Positions 31,124-41,084 of a DNA stretch of 64,000 bases are shown in pieces (the first letter of the stretch is position 1; each line of letters opens with the position of its first letter). The notes below the pieces were generated by a model. It had not been told where the DNA came from, searched no databases, and saw only the letters and a list, made by a program, of their open reading frames with translations. The position numbers and the translations under genes are program-made. Source of the DNA: an uncultured Chthonomonadaceae bacterium (lineage in GTDB: Bacteria > Armatimonadota > Chthonomonadetes > Chthonomonadales > Chthonomonadaceae); NCBI GenBank assembly GCA_963817895.1, contig CAWFQB010000001.1, positions 1,536,001 through 1,600,000 of the forward strand. The letters run 5' to 3'.

Positions 31124-32308
31124 ATGATTACCTCCCTACGCCCGCCTTCAACGCCAATTTCACCCCGGAAAAGTACCAGACGTTTTTGCAAATGCTGGAC
31201 GCGGGGTGCGGCAGTCCTGTGCCGTTTCGTAACTGTGAAACGCCGTGCTTTTTTCCGACTGCGCTGCTGGAGCAGATGGCGGAGTACGGGAAAGAACTGG
31301 TCGGGCAGTTGATGTCCAATGAGGAGTATTTGCGTCGCGCGGCGGAAACCATTCCCCCCAACTTTCGGGTACGCGACGATGGCAAGCCGCCCCTGTTCGT
31401 GCAGGTGGATTTTGGGCTGACTGAGGACGCGCAGCCGCGACTGGTGGAGATACAGGGGTTTCCGTCCCTGTACGCGTTTCAGCCGTTTCAGGCGGAAGTA
31501 TACCGGCAGGCGTATGGTCTTGGTCGCGGAACTTGCAAACGTTTCTCGGCGGTTTGGATGCACGACAGTTATAATGACCTGCTGCGCACGGCGATTTTGG
31601 GCGGGCATGACCCGGAAAACGTCGTTCTGCTGGAAGTTGATCCGTACGGGCAAAAAACCCTGTGCGATTTCCTGCTCACGCAAAAGCTGTGCGGGCTGGC
31701 GATTGTGGATGTAACGCGAAGTTCGGCAGCAGGGGCGCGAATTGTTTTATGAGCGCGACGGCAGGCAGATTCCCATCCGCCGCATTTACAACCGCGTGAT
31801 TGCGGACGAACTGGAACGCCGCAACATTCAGCCCGGTTTCGATTTACGCGCGGATTTGAACGTAGAATGGGCGGGGCATCCCGACTGGTACTTCAAAATC
31901 AGCAAGTTTTCCCTGCCGTTTCTGCAATCACGAGTGCGTCCCCAAAACATGGTTCCTGAACGAACTGGAAACCCTGCCCGCCGATCTGGAAAACTACGTC
32001 CTCAAACCCCTGTTCTCGTTTGCCGGGCTGGGCGTTCGCATCGGCCCGACACGCGAGGAGATCGAAGCCATAGCCAGACCGTTCGCAGTACATATTACAG
32101 GAGAAAGTCGCGTTCGCGCCCCACATCGCAACGCCGTTCGGCCCGACCAAAGCGGAAATCCGTATCATGTATATCTGGCAGGACGAACTCCGCGCCGTCT
32201 GCCCCCTGATTCGCATGGGCCGGGGCAGCATGATGGGCGTAGACCAGAACCGCAATCATGGAATGGGTCGGCGCATCCGCCGGTTTTCATCCTGTTGCCG
32301 CCGGTTGA
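31124..32308 (+). CDS. Circularly permuted ATP-grasp-like protein, multiple frameshifts
   Basis: QVDFG, LVEIQGFPS, RIYNRVI, SKFSLP, VLKPLFSFAG, YILQEKV, EIRIM across frames. Confidence 0.7.
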
Positions 32309-32357
32309 TGAAGTCAGATACAGGGAATTGCGTATTTCTTTAAGTCAGGAGGCTGCC

Positions 32358-32570
32358 ATGTTGGACATAACGGAAGTTCAGTATGTGTCGGATGCAGAAG
32401 GCAAGAACATCGGGGTGATTGTGCCGATAGCATTATGGCGCGAATTGGCATCCGAACGGGAAACCGCGTACCTGCTGAAAAGCGAGACGATGAAGCGTCG
32501 CCTGCTGGAAGCCAAAGATCGCAACGAAGGTATATCGCTTGAGGACGCCCGTGAAAAACTTGGAATTTGA
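32358..32570 (+). CDS. YefM/Phd-type antitoxin
   Basis: ERETAYLLKSETMKRRLLEA; AGGAGG RBS; overlaps the toxin gene. Confidence 0.85.
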   Translation: MLDITEVQYVSDAEGKNIGVIVPIALWRELASERETAYLLKSETMKRRLLEAKDRNEGISLEDAREKLGI

Positions 32571-32814
32571 CGCCAATGCTTTTGAGGATTTGCAGTGGTG
32601 GGTAGAGCATGACCGCAAAGTTGCTTTGCGCGTCTTCAAGTTAATACAGGAAGCGCAGCGTGCGCCTTACGAGGGTACAGGCCAACCAGAGCCGTTGAAA
32701 CACGAGTTGACAGGCTGTTGGTCACGGCGCATCACGCAGGAACACCGACTTGTGTACCGCGTGAGTGAGGAAGAAGACAAAATTCGCGTACTGGCCTGTC
32801 GCTACCACTACTAA
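32551..32814 (+). CDS. yoeB: Txe/YoeB family toxin
   Basis: GTGQPEPLKHELTGCWSRRITQEHRLVY...CRYHY. Confidence 0.93.
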   Translation: MKNLEFDANAFEDLQWWVEHDRKVALRVFKLIQEAQRAPYEGTGQPEPLKHELTGCWSRRITQEHRLVYRVSEEEDKIRVLACRYHY

Positions 32815-32840
32815 ACAACCTTGTAAACGAGGCAGATACG

Positions 32841-33092
32841 ATGCAAACCTTGAAATCAAAACTGCTTGAACGTTTATTGTGGCCGATTATGACAGGGTTG
32901 TTGTGGGTTGGCCCAATCATGCTTGTTGCAGCATTTGCGTTTCTGCCCATTTACTGTTCAACTTTGTCACACAATCAGGCATGGGCGCATTTAGCAGACA
33001 TTGCTTTCTTCTCTTTCCTGGTTTGGGTCGCAGGTGTAATCTTCGTGTACATTCTGATGAACTTATGTGGATTTGATGAGCGTGGTTTTTAA
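32841..33092 (+). CDS. Small two-TM hypothetical protein
   Basis: 83 aa, two hydrophobic helices, GAGG RBS, lower GC. Confidence 0.6.
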   Translation: MQTLKSKLLERLLWPIMTGLLWVGPIMLVAAFAFLPIYCSTLSHNQAWAHLADIAFFSFLVWVAGVIFVYILMNLCGFDERGF

Positions 33093-33138
33093 CTTTCAAC
33101 CTTGTCGCAAACCAGATTAGCCATATAAGGGAGCAGAA

Positions 33139-33519
33139 ATGCAAACGGACCAGTTGATTGAGGAAGCGCGTAAGCGCGTCGGGCAGTTTTCGCTTTCAGA
33201 AGCGGATTTGACGGCGGGATCAGTGTCTGCCGCGCTTGTCACGGAAGCGGGAAACGTGTACACGGGCATCTGTCTTGATCTGGCCTGCGGCATCGGCTTT
33301 TGCGCGGAACATTCCGCCATTGCCGCCATGCTGCTCAACCGCGAAACGGTTATCTGGAAAATCGTTGCTGTCTCTGTTAGCAGGATTTTGCCGCCGTGTG
33401 GACGCTGCCGCGAATTGATGTTACAGGTTGACCGCCGTAATCTCGACTGCGAAGTTCTCTTACCGGAGGGTAGAACGGCAACCTTGCGCGAGTTGCTGCC
33501 CCATGCGTGGCTGCTTTAG
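33139..33519 (+). CDS. Cytidine deaminase family protein
   Basis: CAEHSAI and PPCGRCRE zinc motifs. Confidence 0.9.
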   Translation: MQTDQLIEEARKRVGQFSLSEADLTAGSVSAALVTEAGNVYTGICLDLACGIGFCAEHSAIAAMLLNRETVIWKIVAVSVSRILPPCGRCRELMLQVDRRNLDCEVLLPEGRTATLRELLPHAWLL

Positions 33520-33540
33520 CAGCAAAGGCGTATCGGAATT

Positions 33541-33894
33541 ATGCCCGGTTCGTTCAACAACAACGCGCGCAAAGCACACAACAGGGGACTCCCTCTATCG
33601 GTTCGGTACTCGGCGCTGAGTTCTTGTATGTTGCGAATGGGTTGGCTGACGGGAAGAACGTTTCTACTGATTCGTTCACGTTATGCGCCACAACTGGATA
33701 CCGGCAGTTCTATCAGGCTGAATGAAGCGCAGTTGCTTGTCGCCATTGAGCGTGACCGTAACATCTATCTTGAAGCGTTACGAAGATTCGAGCGGCTGCG
33801 TATTCGCCAGAAGCAACGCGGGCTGCGCCATCCACTCAAGAGGGATAAAGAAGTTCTGGCTGTGACGGCACAAGCGTTGCTGCATCGTTTATAA
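33541..33894 (+). CDS. Hypothetical protein
   Basis: 117-aa ORF followed by terminator AAATACGCCGG...CCGGCGTATTTT; start and integrity uncertain. Confidence 0.45.
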   Translation: MPGSFNNNARKAHNRGLPLSVRYSALSSCMLRMGWLTGRTFLLIRSRYAPQLDTGSSIRLNEAQLLVAIERDRNIYLEALRRFERLRIRQKQRGLRHPLKRDKEVLAVTAQALLHRL

Positions 33895-33956
33895 ATACGC
33901 CGGTTTGAAACCCGGCGTATTTTGTTGGTAACAGCTTGAAGGAGCGAGAAAGTAGT

Positions 33957-34970
33957 TCAGGGCTTTACGGTGAAATGCCATATCTGCATGGTTCTGTTGC
34001 CCGCCCGGTCGGATACTTGAAGTTCGACGGTTTGTTCGCCTTCACTCAGAGCCATCATGGGCGTGTACATAATGTGGTCTGCCGTCACCTGCGCGCTGCC
34101 GGTCACGTCGCGCCCATTGACGCGCAGATGGAGGGAAGCAATGTCAATGCCGCTGCCCTCGTCGCGCAGGTCGGCGGCGATTGCAGGTGTGGCGGACGCG
34201 GTTTCCTGTGGGCTTATGTTTGCGATGGTCGGGGGCAGCGCGTCAATTTGCAACGCGCACGACGCGGGCATCGGGTCCGCCGCTTTGCCGTTCGCGCGGA
34301 GTTCGCCCGTCACCGTAAACGGCGTTGTCGGAAACGGTTTGTCGGCGGGAACGATCCACGAACCGAGATATTGGCCGGGGGACGATTCGCGCATGACGAC
34401 ATTGCCCGACAGCGTTCCCACATGAAAGACCGCCTGCGCGCCGGGTGTACCCTGCATCGTGACATAAACGGTTTCACCCACCCGCAGCCATTTTTGCGCG
34501 TCCTGATTGAAATAGGTAATGACCGGCGCATTGACGGGAACGGGCGCGGCGACCGGCGGTTTCGTGGGCATCACGCGGGGAGGAACCGCACCGGCAAGCA
34601 AAGCAAGGGGTTGCTGTCCATTGCCTTTTGATTTTTGGCTTGCGCCACTGGTGATTTTAACCTGCTTGTTTTGCTTTGCGCCGCGTTCCGCATGGCTGCG
34701 CGATTTGGTTTTTGCCGATTGAGCCGCGCTTACAGTTTTCATCCGCGATGTTTCCGATGTTACCGGCGATATGTTGAATTGCGCAGAACCCGGCGCAGTT
34801 GGAACCGCAGCTTGTCCGTATGTGGGGACGGGCAGAAACGAAAACGTTGCCATTCCTGCCGCGCCCATGATTCCCGCCACAACGATTGTCAACGCGCCGC
34901 GTTCCGCCCTGTGCGCTCCGATAATTTTACGCGCAGACTGAAGCCTGCTTGATCTACACATTTCCGCCAA
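33957..34970 (-). CDS. Membrane-anchored protein with C-terminal Ig-like domains
   Basis: N-terminal TM, low-complexity linker, DEGSGID..LRVNG..VSDRAGN. Confidence 0.7.
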   Translation of the reverse strand: MAEMCRSSRLQSARKIIGAHRAERGALTIVVAGIMGAAGMATFSFLPVPTYGQAAVPTAPGSAQFNISPVTSETSRMKTVSAAQSAKTKSRSHAERGAKQNKQVKITSGASQKSKGNGQQPLALLAGAVPPRVMPTKPPVAAPVPVNAPVITYFNQDAQKWLRVGETVYVTMQGTPGAQAVFHVGTLSGNVVMRESSPGQYLGSWIVPADKPFPTTPFTVTGELRANGKAADPMPASCALQIDALPPTIANISPQETASATPAIAADLRDEGSGIDIASLHLRVNGRDVTGSAQVTADHIMYTPMMALSEGEQTVELQVSDRAGNRTMQIWHFTVKP

Positions 34971-35136
34971 AACCTCATTATCCTAAATTTCAGGGCGATG
35001 CCCCTCTGCATCATTGTAGCGCATAATTCGCAAATGCGCTATTTCCGCTACGGAATTTGTCCGTTTGCAATATTGACACGCGAAAATAGAGGCTGCCTCG
35101 AAAGGCAACCTCCTAATTTGTTGTGTATGTCTGGTT

Positions 35137-35907
35137 TCAACCCGCCAGAGCGTAATTGTTCGCGGACTGCTCCTGCGCGGACAACATCGCAAGCGAATCA
35201 GAGACGCGGCGGGCATGGGCGGCTTCTTCGCTCAACGCCATCTCGTCACGCTCCTGCGCCTCTTCCTGACTTTGCAGTTTCAGGATGTTCTGGCGCAGCA
35301 ACTGCCGTCCGCGATGCAGGCGGCTGCGAATGGTTCCTACCGGGCAGCCCACATACTGCGCGATTTCTTCATAACTGTAACCCTGCACATCGGCCAGAAC
35401 GACGGCTTTGCGATAATCGCAGGGCAGAGCGGACAGGGCGCGGCGAACCCGCCGCCCGGTTTCCGCTCGCAGATACGATTGTTCCGGCATAGCGCTGGGA
35501 CGATCATCGGCAAGGCAGGCCAGCAACGGCGCGCCCGCGCCTTCCGCGCCTGAGCGCCCGCCCGCCCGCGCGCCGCGCGAACGCCCCCCGCCCGTACCCT
35601 CGGCGTCCAGTGAACAGACGGGCATCCCCGAATGTCGTCGCCAGCGATCAATGGCAAGATTGGAAATAATGCGGAACAGCCAGCCCTCGAAGGGACGGGA
35701 GCGGTCATAGCGATCAAAAGCGGACCACACGCGCATAAACGCTTCCTGCGTTAAATCCTCGGCATCGGTCGCGTTGCCCATCATGCGGTAAGCGGCGCTA
35801 TAGGCCCGACTGTAGTTGCGCCGCAGCAGGTCTTCGAATTCAGCGGTCGTCTCGGCGGGCCGGCAGTCCCGGTCTGTTGCGCGCCCTTCGTGGGTAGCTA
35901 TCGTCAT
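35137..35907 (-). CDS. ECF sigma factor
   Basis: DAEDLTQEAF, FEGWLFRI, YEEIA..GCPVGTIRSRLHRGR. Confidence 0.93.
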   Translation of the reverse strand: MTIATHEGRATDRDCRPAETTAEFEDLLRRNYSRAYSAAYRMMGNATDAEDLTQEAFMRVWSAFDRYDRSRPFEGWLFRIISNLAIDRWRRHSGMPVCSLDAEGTGGGRSRGARAGGRSGAEGAGAPLLACLADDRPSAMPEQSYLRAETGRRVRRALSALPCDYRKAVVLADVQGYSYEEIAQYVGCPVGTIRSRLHRGRQLLRQNILKLQSQEEAQERDEMALSEEAAHARRVSDSLAMLSAQEQSANNYALAG

Positions 35908-36547
35908 TCGTGTGTCCCCCTGATTCCTTTGCAATAGGCTGCAATAAGTGCAGATTCAACTCTGTTCTGCGTTTCGGGCGCGACGAGCATGGCCGCGTGC
36001 TGGTGAATGTCGGCGTGGATGAACAGCCGAAACCTCTGTGTCTTAAACTCTGTCATCAACGCAAACGCTGCCCTGCGCGAGTATGGCACAGGAGATGGGA
36101 AAGGCGCGATGCGGAAAGTGTCGTTGGATTTGTCTAAGGTTCGCCCTGTGGAAAAGAATTTTTAAGGGCAATGCGGGAGCGTTGCTGATATTCCTTTCCG
36201 GGTTTCGTATGGTAGACGCCGCGCGTTCAAGTGAGGTTCCCGGTTTTCAGGCAAGAATTTAGAAGAAATCGGGAAAGAAAACAGCCGCGAATATACGCGA
36301 ATGAACGCAAATATACGGAAACAACCGAAGCGGGCTGTCATTAAGGAACAAATGTTCTGCTTCACCTGTCTTATGCGCGACACGGGAATAGTTCTAAGGA
36401 TGTATTTTTGTGTTGCCTCACCTGCTATTCTTTAGCAGGCGCTTTCAATAATGAGGACACGATTAGAACGCAGGCACAATCCGAACGTGGACACAACAAG
36501 TTGTGTCCCTACTCTATCTCCTCTGCATACTCAAGAAGGCCGCTCTG

Positions 36548-36907
36548 ATGCAAATCGTTTACTGGATTTTTCTTATTTTGACCGGGCTGATCTTTGTTGT
36601 CGGCATTGTGGCCCTGACGATCAGCGGGGTTGGGTTCTACCGGCTGGTTTCTGAAACCGCGCCCTTTCTGGATGAAACGAAGGACAACGTTCAGGATTTG
36701 GGCGATCTTGCCGCCAACACGGTGGGGCGAGTGGCGGATACCGTTGATCTTGTCGAAATGCGCGTGTCGCAAACCATGGCGCAGGCGACGCAGGGCGGCA
36801 TTTCCGCAACCAAACAGGCGTTGAGCGTGGGTACGGTTCTGGCCGGTATCTACATGGCCTCCCGCGTCCTCGGCCTTGCGCGGCAACAGTTTAAGAAGAG
36901 GCACTAG
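36548..36907 (+). CDS. Membrane-anchored coiled-coil hypothetical protein
   Basis: N-terminal TM plus amphipathic helix. Confidence 0.7.
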   Translation: MQIVYWIFLILTGLIFVVGIVALTISGVGFYRLVSETAPFLDETKDNVQDLGDLAANTVGRVADTVDLVEMRVSQTMAQATQGGISATKQALSVGTVLAGIYMASRVLGLARQQFKKRH

Positions 36908-36986
36908 ATACGAGATACAAGGTCAATGCCCTGGTACATCAGAGTTTTACTCATATCTCGTGTCTCATATCTCACAAAGGCGCACT

Positions 36987-38375
36987 ATGCTGGAAATAAG
37001 AATTCACGCTTCGGACGGCAGGCGATGGCGGCGCAATGGGGCGCTGCTGCTTGGCCTGCTGTTCGCGGTGTATGTCGGGTATGTGGTACGCGAAATTTGG
37101 CTGCCGTTGATGATCGCGTTTTTGATCGCGATGGTGCTGGACCCGCTTGTAGATAAGATGGAGAGCCGGGGCTGGTCGCGCTTAAAGGGCGCAGTCGTGA
37201 TTTACGTGCTGTTCTTCGCCCTGCTTGGCGGTGGATTGACGTTCGCGGTTCCCGCTGTTGTAAGCCAGACTACCGCCATCACGCGAGAAATCGGACAATA
37301 CCTGCCCAGCGATACGGGCAAAGATGCCGAGTCGAAAACTCGGCATAATCTGAAACTTCTGCTGATACGCATGCGCGCTACGCCTGTTGTGGAGAATACC
37401 GTTCTACGGGCAAGCGGGCAGATCAGTAATGCTTTTACCCATGCCAACTCGTGGTTCGGCAAGGCGGCGGAATCCGCGCTTGAAAATCTGCTATGGGTGA
37501 TTATCATTCCGCTCGTTTCGTTTTACGCCTTGAAAGACCTGCATCTGATTTATGCCCGCCTGCTGTTGATGATACCGCGCCAGAACCGGGCAACGGCGCA
37601 AAACCTGCTCAATGAGGTCAGTTCGATTTTTGTGCGCTATCTGCGCGGCCTGATGATCGTGTGCGCCCTGAATGGACTGGCGACGTTTTTGCTGCTGTGG
37701 AAATTCGGGGTTCCCAATGCGGCGGGGTTGGCGGCGATTTCGGGCGTAATGTACATGGTTCCTTATATCGGGGCTGCGCTGACGATTCTGCTGGTCGGCG
37801 GCGTATGCCTGATGGCAAGCAAGCCGGTTCTGCTGATCGTGTTTCTGATGGTATTGCTGCACCATGTCTTTTTTGATCAGTTCGTCACGCCGCGCATTGT
37901 CGGGCAGCATGTCGGCCTGCATCCCATTCTGAGCATTATCGCGCTGCTGATGGGCGCGACCCTGCTCGGTATTCCGGGCATGATTCTGGCCGTTCCCATT
38001 GCCGCAACCGTGCAAATGATTCTGCTGGCGATTTTTCCGAAATTGGGCAGTCCGATTGAAGTGCCGACCGGCGAGGAGTTGCACAACCGCGTGGAAGCGG
38101 CGAGCAATTTGCCCGCGCCCTCAGACGAACCGAGGCAGGCGAGTACAGCGCAGCCCACCGGCACAATGGCGCAGGTGAGCGCGGTGCATCAGACCATTGT
38201 GGACGCAGTGGATGAGGCCGAAATCGCGGAAGCAACCGCGTCAAAGCCCGTTTCACCCCTGCTGTCGCAATCCCCGGCGCAGGCGCAGGTGTTGGATGAC
38301 GAGGCCGAAGAGGGCCGCAAGCAGGCTCCCGGCCTGCTGACCGGAACCAACAAAACGCATTATTCATCTTCATAA
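36987..38375 (+). CDS. AI-2E (PerM) family transporter
   Basis: LDPLVD, YLRG, VPYIG, PRIVGQHVGLHP, GMILAVP. Confidence 0.9.
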   Translation: MLEIRIHASDGRRWRRNGALLLGLLFAVYVGYVVREIWLPLMIAFLIAMVLDPLVDKMESRGWSRLKGAVVIYVLFFALLGGGLTFAVPAVVSQTTAITREIGQYLPSDTGKDAESKTRHNLKLLLIRMRATPVVENTVLRASGQISNAFTHANSWFGKAAESALENLLWVIIIPLVSFYALKDLHLIYARLLLMIPRQNRATAQNLLNEVSSIFVRYLRGLMIVCALNGLATFLLLWKFGVPNAAGLAAISGVMYMVPYIGAALTILLVGGVCLMASKPVLLIVFLMVLLHHVFFDQFVTPRIVGQHVGLHPILSIIALLMGATLLGIPGMILAVPIAATVQMILLAIFPKLGSPIEVPTGEELHNRVEAASNLPAPSDEPRQASTAQPTGTMAQVSAVHQTIVDAVDEAEIAEATASKPVSPLLSQSPAQAQVLDDEAEEGRKQAPGLLTGTNKTHYSSS

Positions 38376-38474
38376 TGCAGGTATTCAGGTGTTCGGGTGT
38401 TCAGGACAATACATGAGTACACGTTTGCTTTAGCGCGGAAAATCTATCAACCCAATACCTGAACACCTGAATAC

Positions 38475-39347
38475 CTATTCCACCGGAGGATGATCGGTGT
38501 CGCCGTTGGCATGGCCGCCGTTCCAGTTGTAGATTTCGCCGCCGATGCGTCCGTAGCGGGGATTGTGCGGGCCGGAAGCGGGCGCGTAGTGTTCTACGGA
38601 CAGGCTGACGGCGTGACCATCGGCGGCGACCACCGCAAGTTTGCCCCCGTGCGTGGCGGGATACGGCCACAAATCCTCTACGCGGTCCGCCACATCGCCG
38701 TATTCCAACCGCGCAAGGTTTCGGCTTTCCGCTTCCGACTGTGGGGCGCGTAACCTATCGGCAGACATCGGGCCGGCCTCCACAAACAGCGCGGTTTGGG
38801 CGGATAGTTCCAGATTGTCTACGGGAAACGGCCCGGGCGCGAACGTGTCCCAAAAGCGCGTATTGAGCGCGTAACCGGTTTCAACATCAAACCCGCGAGT
38901 AGGGTCATGCAGCGCAGGCCGCCGTTCCCCGGCAGGATTGGCAGGGTTGTCCAGAATGGCCGTCGTCGCGCCATACGCGCCCAATCGCTTGTTCCACGTC
39001 AGCCAGTATGCTTTGCCGCCCTTCTCCTCTCCGCGCCGTTCCACTGTAGGAACCGGCGCGCCATCCCAATCCTGCGCATACAACTGCCACGCATCCGCCA
39101 ACCGCCGCATATTCGACAAACTCCGCGCCCGCTGTTCCCCCGTCCGTTGCCACATCAGCAACGGCGGCAAGCCGATAATCAGCCCGACAATCAGCAGCGC
39201 GAAAACGAGAATACGCCATTTGAAGGGAAAAGGGAAGAGGGAAGAGGGAAGAGAGACAGTCTTCCCTTCTCGTATCTCGTATCTCGTATCTCGTATCTCG
39301 TCTTTTCCCTCTTCCCTTTTCCCTTTTCCCTCTCCTAATGTTCCCAT
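38475..39347 (-). CDS. DUF1559/H-X9-DG-like protein with a repeat-derived N-terminus
   Basis: TM, then SLSNMRRLADAWQLYAQDWD, and HGGKLAVVAADGHA. Confidence 0.7.
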   Translation of the reverse strand: MGTLGEGKGKREEGKDEIRDTRYEIREGKTVSLPSSLFPFPFKWRILVFALLIVGLIIGLPPLLMWQRTGEQRARSLSNMRRLADAWQLYAQDWDGAPVPTVERRGEEKGGKAYWLTWNKRLGAYGATTAILDNPANPAGERRPALHDPTRGFDVETGYALNTRFWDTFAPGPFPVDNLELSAQTALFVEAGPMSADRLRAPQSEAESRNLARLEYGDVADRVEDLWPYPATHGGKLAVVAADGHAVSLSVEHYAPASGPHNPRYGRIGGEIYNWNGGHANGDTDHPPVE

Positions 39348-41005
39348 TCGTACCTCGCAATCCGCCTTGCGCCAATTTCCATAGGGATGCCGATGACCAG
39401 AAGCGTGAGCAGCAGATGCACGGCGAAGGCAATAGCGAGAATGGGAACGGGAGAAACGGCGGAACCTCCACTGGCAATCGCCAAAATCGCGAACCCGAAG
39501 CACAACAGCGTGAGCAGCATATAGCCCGTCGTGGCGAAAAAACTGACGATGAGCGCCCACGGGCTGACGCGCAGAGCGGGGTTGTCGTGCAGGAAGCGAG
39601 GCAGGGCGGCGGAAATACCCACGCCAATCCCGCACAATCCCGCCGCGCACAGGGCAATGATGCCCGACCTCGACTCCCATCCACAGGGGTTCCGCGCCGA
39701 AACTCGCGCCCGCGATCACACTCAAGATGATGGCAAGCCCGCCTGAAAGGGTCACGCTGATAAGGAATTTTGCCCATAGCAATGCGCGGCGCGAGGAGGG
39801 GGCGAGGAGCAGCAGCCAGAAACCCTGCGCTTCCATGCCGAGCAGCGACAGGGACAAGATACTTGTCTGGATAAACAGAATAAACGTGATGATCACGGCG
39901 GAAAATGGAAACAGTTCGGAACGGGCTGCGCTCGTGCCGAGCGCGCGGTTTTGCAGGCCGATGAGATAGGGGACGAGGAACAGAATCAACGGTACGCTGA
40001 GTTGGGACAGCAGCATGGTATCGCGCCACACGTACTTCATGTCCTTGACCAGAATGGCGGCAATGGGAGGGCCGACAAGTCGCCGCAACCGCCGCGCGTC
40101 ATCCTTTCCCGTTGGCGCGATATGCCCGCTGTTCTGATGCTCTTCGCCAACACTGGCATTGGACAGCAGCAACCCGCCAAGCGTCATGCAGGCCGCGAAC
40201 AGACCGCCGCATAAGAGCAGAATGCGCAGGAGACAGCCAGACGGCCTGAACGGTCGCGGTCGGTTCGCGCTGCGCCAGTCCCACAACCACGCCCGCGAAC
40301 CACGCGGAGGGGAGCAGATGCGCGGAAACGGATGTGGCATGAAGCGCGGGCTGAAATGCGGCCGGTTGTCCGCTCAAACCGCCGAACTTGAACGGCAGGT
40401 TACGCGCTTCCAGCACAAAGGTCACGCACACGCCAATGCCCATCAGCACATTGACAAGGGTAATCACGCCCCGCAGCCGCGCCATGCCCAACCCGGCGAG
40501 GGCAAGCAGCAGGGCAAGGGCGGTCAGCAGGGCGGGCAGCAGCACGAACAGCGCGATGAGCAGCAGGACAAGCGGCCACTGCCAGGCGGGACAGGCGCAG
40601 GGCGAACGCGCCGGCAACGATGGCGGGCAGGCCGATGATGGTGAATTGCAGCGAGTTGGTGATGGTGGCGTCCAGCAGTTTGGCGGCGACAACGGTTCGG
40701 GGCGGAATGGGCGCGGCAAACAGCAGGCTGTAATCGGCGGATTGGAACAGGGTCGAGGCGACAAACGGCACGGCTCCCGCGAACAGCAGCAGGAACAGAT
40801 AATAGAACGCCTGATAGATGGTTTCGGGCAGGACGCCCGCGCCTTTGGCGAACTGAAAAAAGAACAAAAACCCAAGAAACATGCCGCCGAACAGACAGAT
40901 ACCCGTCACGCCCAGCGACATGGCGACAACCGGGCGGTTGCGCCACGTTTCCAACACCACATTGCGCCCGGACAGCAGGCGCGTTCGCATCAACAGCCAG
41001 AACAT
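39335..41005 (-). CDS. Putative ABC exporter permease, multiple frameshifts
   Basis: LLFAAPIP..VVAAKL, KDMKYVWRD, EAQGFWLL, many TM helices over four frames. Confidence 0.75.
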
Positions 41006-41084
41006 TCGCGCAGCACACTCATTTCCCGCAAGGTTTACGAAACTCTCGTTCTATTATAGCAAACCGACGGGAAAATAGTTGCTT

